From positions 1 through 61,188 of the forward strand of contig JBNJNM010000018.1 of the NCBI GenBank assembly GCA_052426225.1: a stretch of 61,188 nucleotides of DNA. The letters run 5' to 3'. Numbering within the stretch: position 1 is the stretch's first letter; each line of letters opens with the position of its first letter. The notes under the pieces were generated by a model. That model saw only the letters and a list, made by a program, of their open reading frames with translations. It had not been told where the DNA came from and did no database searches. The translations under genes and the position numbers were made by a program. Of the stretch, positions 57,607 through 61,188 are shown one piece after another. The stretch is from Zancudomyces culisetae HAW-14-8 (Eukaryota > Fungi > Kickxellomycota).

Positions 57607-59362
57607 ATGAATATATTTTCATTTTATATAATAAATAATGATGCACCAGAACCTTGGCAAATATGTTACCAAGATAGTGCTACAAAAATTATGTCAGGTA
57701 TTGATAAATTAACAGGTGAAATATTTTATTATGAAACATTATTATTAATAATAGTAGGATGGGTATTAATATCTGCTATAATAAAATATACTAAAACAGA
57801 ATTATCATATAAATATTTTAATCATGGTACTTTAATAGAAATATTATGGACTTGTTCACCTGCTTTTATTTTAATAGCTATTTCTTTCCCTTCTTTTAAA
57901 TTATTATATTTAATGGATAGTATAATAGATAGTCAAATAACTATAAAAGTATTAGGTTTCTTTTTAGGTGGCCTAAAATTATATATATTAAATAAAATGA
58001 AAGACACCATTTTAAATGGTCAGAAAAATAATATGTATTTAAATATCAAGTATTATAATTATTTAATATTTAATATAAATCCTAGATTATATTCTTCTCA
58101 TTCTTTAAGTTCTTTTTAAAATCTACAATTATATTATCATATAAGTAATATAAGAGATATTAATAAAATAAAAACATATAATGAAGATGTATTATCTGTT
58201 ATTATAGAATTTCTATTAAATTATAGAAATAAAAGATCTGGTAAAAAATATAAGAATATATTACATATTTATTCTGATTATTTTTATCTAAGGTTATATA
58301 AATAATTAAAAATCTAGACAATATATAAGAACGATTAAAGATATATAAGATAAAATATGGGATAAAAATCCTGGTTATGAATTTTATACCTTTAGAAGTT
58401 TTAATTGTATACAAAAAATGTTTTATAATAATGGTTGAAAAGTAATACCTTTAAATATTTATTTTATACCATTAGCTTTAACAGTGTGGATTATGGATGA
58501 TGGTAATAAAAATAAAAATTGTTTTAAATAAGTTGAACTATTAAATGATACCATTAAATCCAAGAATATATAATATTTTTGGTTTTTAAATAATCTATTA
58601 ATTATTTAAGAAATAGGACCTTATATACACTCTAGTATGTTATATAAATTTATTAATTATATTTTATAATAATATATATTAAAGTTCTTTCAACCCACAC
58701 ACATATATATAATAGTCGTGAAAAATTATTATTTTTCTAAGAATTCGACAGAATTCTTAAAGGCTTTTGCCTTTGGCAATGCTAGTGAAAACAGTTAAAA
58801 TACTATATTTTACAATACCATTTATAGTACAAGACTGTCAGTAAGTGATTTATTTTTTTTAACTTATTGCAACAGACTGGGTCACTAGTGGGTATCAAAA
58901 ATGATGCTTAATGTACAGTCGAAATAAATTATTAAATTTTAATAATTGCACCAATGGTATTGGTCTTATGAATATTCAGATTATTTAGATAATTCAGGTG
59001 ATTCTATATCTTTTGATTCAATAATGATACCTACAGATGATTTAGAACCTGGACAATTTAGATTATTAGAAGTAGATAATAGAATTGTTTTACCAATTCA
59101 TACACATATAAGATTTATATGTACTTCTTCAGATGTAATACATAGTTTTGCAGTGCCATCTTTAGGTTTAAAAATAGATGCTTTACCTGGTAGATTAAAT
59201 GGTATATCTACATATGTAGAAAGAGAAGGTACATTTTATGGACAATGTTCTGAATTATGTGGTGTATATCATTTTGGTATGCCTATAGTAATAGAAGCTG
59301 TAAGAATAGAAAAATATTTAGAATGGTTAAATATACATTTAGATAATACCCCCTCTTCATAA
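57607..59362 (+). CDS. cox2: Cytochrome c oxidase subunit 2; exons 57607-57957 and 58949-59362 (254 aa)
   Basis: [28 protein letters not shown]; 765 nt when joined. Confidence 0.95.
57958..58948 (+). mobile_element. cox2 group I intron (ID-like core) with a heavily decayed LAGLIDADG type-2 ORF
   Basis: Remnant [12 protein letters not shown] at about 58470-58505; core agactgggtca..gcttaatgtacagtcg; ends in G. Confidence 0.88.
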
Positions 59363-60513
59363 AATATATATCTATTCTTGTTTTTTTTTAGGTAAAAAAA
59401 AATTGATCAAAAATCAATTATAAATAAAATTACTTATAATTATATTGAAACAAATAATTATAATATATTAAATTCTTTAATAAAAATTATAGTTATTAAA
59501 TATAAAATAGAACAATATATAATAATCTAATTAAAAATTTTTATTTATAATATAATAATATTTCTGAATTTATTAATATTTTAATCTAAAATGTTATAAA
59601 TAATTATGATGAATTAAAACATTTTAAAAGATTATGGAAAAATTACTTGTATAATATTATAAAAATTATATATAATCAAATAGGATTAAAAAGAAATAAA
59701 TTAATCATGATAATAGGTAATGATATAAATCATAATATTATTTTTAATGAATATAATAAACTTAAAAAAATAATGTAAATAAAAATCAAAATTCATTAAG
59801 TATTGATATTATAGCTAATATAAATGATTTTTTATTTATTTTATTTAAATATATTATGTGAATTTGATAAAAAAATTTATATATTTAAATAATAAAAAAA
59901 AAGAGTATTTAAATATATTTATATCAGATAATAAATATAATAAAATAGGCTATATATATTTAATATAGATAAATTATAAATATAATAAAATAGGCTATAT
60001 ATAAATATTTATTCTTAATATTTTATATATTAAGAAATATTAGTAAATTTAGATTAAAATATTTATAATTTTATAAAATATTAGTCTTTGATAAGTAATT
60101 TATAACTAGGATATTTAGGATATTAGGTATAATAAAAAGTATAATGTGCTTATATATAATGACTTATTTAATATTTAAAAACTTATTATTATTGTATATA
60201 GAGATAAAAATATTAATATAATTATTAGTAAATTAATATCAAAAATTATACAAAAAATATAATTATTTAAAAATTTAAGGGGTATTAATGTATAATTATC
60301 ATAGAAACAGGTAATTCTAATATATTAAGTAAACTATTTGGAAATATACCAGTAAAAAGTATAAAACCTAAAAGTGTTATTAAAAGATTAAAATCTAATA
60401 TATTAATATCTTGATAAGATTTTAAATAAATACTATAACTACCAAAAAAATTTTTTATATAAAAATATATAGAATATACAGGTACTAATATAATACTAAT
60501 AGTAAATATTATA

Positions 60514-61188
60514 AATAAAATTAATATAATTAAATAATATTATATAAATTATAAATTAAATAATTAGATATTAAATATATATATTATAATATATAAAGAT
60601 TAAATATTAATAAAAATAAATATTAAGATATTAATAGATAATTATATAAAATAAGAATTATAATATAAATATTAATAATATAATATAATATAATTATATT
60701 TAATATATATATATAAATAAAAATAATAATTATAATTATATAAAGAGTATTATAATAATATAATATAATAAGATATAATTAATAATTATATTATAAATAA
60801 ATTAATAAATTAATATATTATTATAATATAATTATAAATAAGTAAATAATATAATAGTAATATAATTAAAAATAATATAATATATTTTAATAATAAAATA
60901 ATTATATAATTATAAATAAATAAAATAATTTTAAATTAATAATATAATATTAAAATAAATAATATTAATAATAGTATATTAATAATATTAAATATAATAA
61001 TATATAAAATATATATAATTATATAATATAATTATATATAATATAATAATAATTAAATATAAATTAAAATATAAAATAATATTAATATATTATATAAATA
61101 ATAAATATTAAGATGTAAATATTAAACATAAAAAATATAATAACTCTAAGATGTGTAATATTAAAATAAAAATTAATATAGTTAATAA
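60514..61188. other. Low-complexity A/T tail that replaces the expected continuation of nad4
   Basis: Identity with the window start breaks abruptly at 60513; almost no C, few G, no ORF. Confidence 0.8.

Noticed and set aside
58655-60513. Apparent second cox2 exon and partial nad4 as a true gene duplication
   Set aside because: Identity at a constant offset from the window start is best explained by circular overlap

Overview
This window is a complete, very AT-rich fungal mitochondrial genome read slightly more than once round. Positions 1-1859 recur at 58655-60513, giving a unit length of 58,654 bp, and a 675-nt low-complexity A/T tail follows. The standard genetic code, rps3, rnpB, C-rich 3' motifs and unit length fit, from memory and unverified, the Harpellales fungus Zancudomyces (Smittium) culisetae. 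Content: 14 respiratory/ATP synthase genes plus rps3, rnl, rns, rnpB, 27 tRNA genes, 14 group I introns (9 cox1, 3 cob, 1 cox2, 1 rnl) with LAGLIDADG or GIY-YIG ORFs, split plasmid-type DNA polymerase remnants and several foreign-looking decayed islands. The most notable pattern is a genome-wide set of expression signals: an oriented ATAAATCT candidate promoter, four-G-run leaders, an anticodon-less tRNA-like element duplicated in front of nad1 and nad3, and a TAATACCCC 3' motif that lies inside three coding regions. Two orphan membrane-protein ORFs appear to have captured host signals from cox2 and cox1. Four introns end in A instead of the canonical omega-G.
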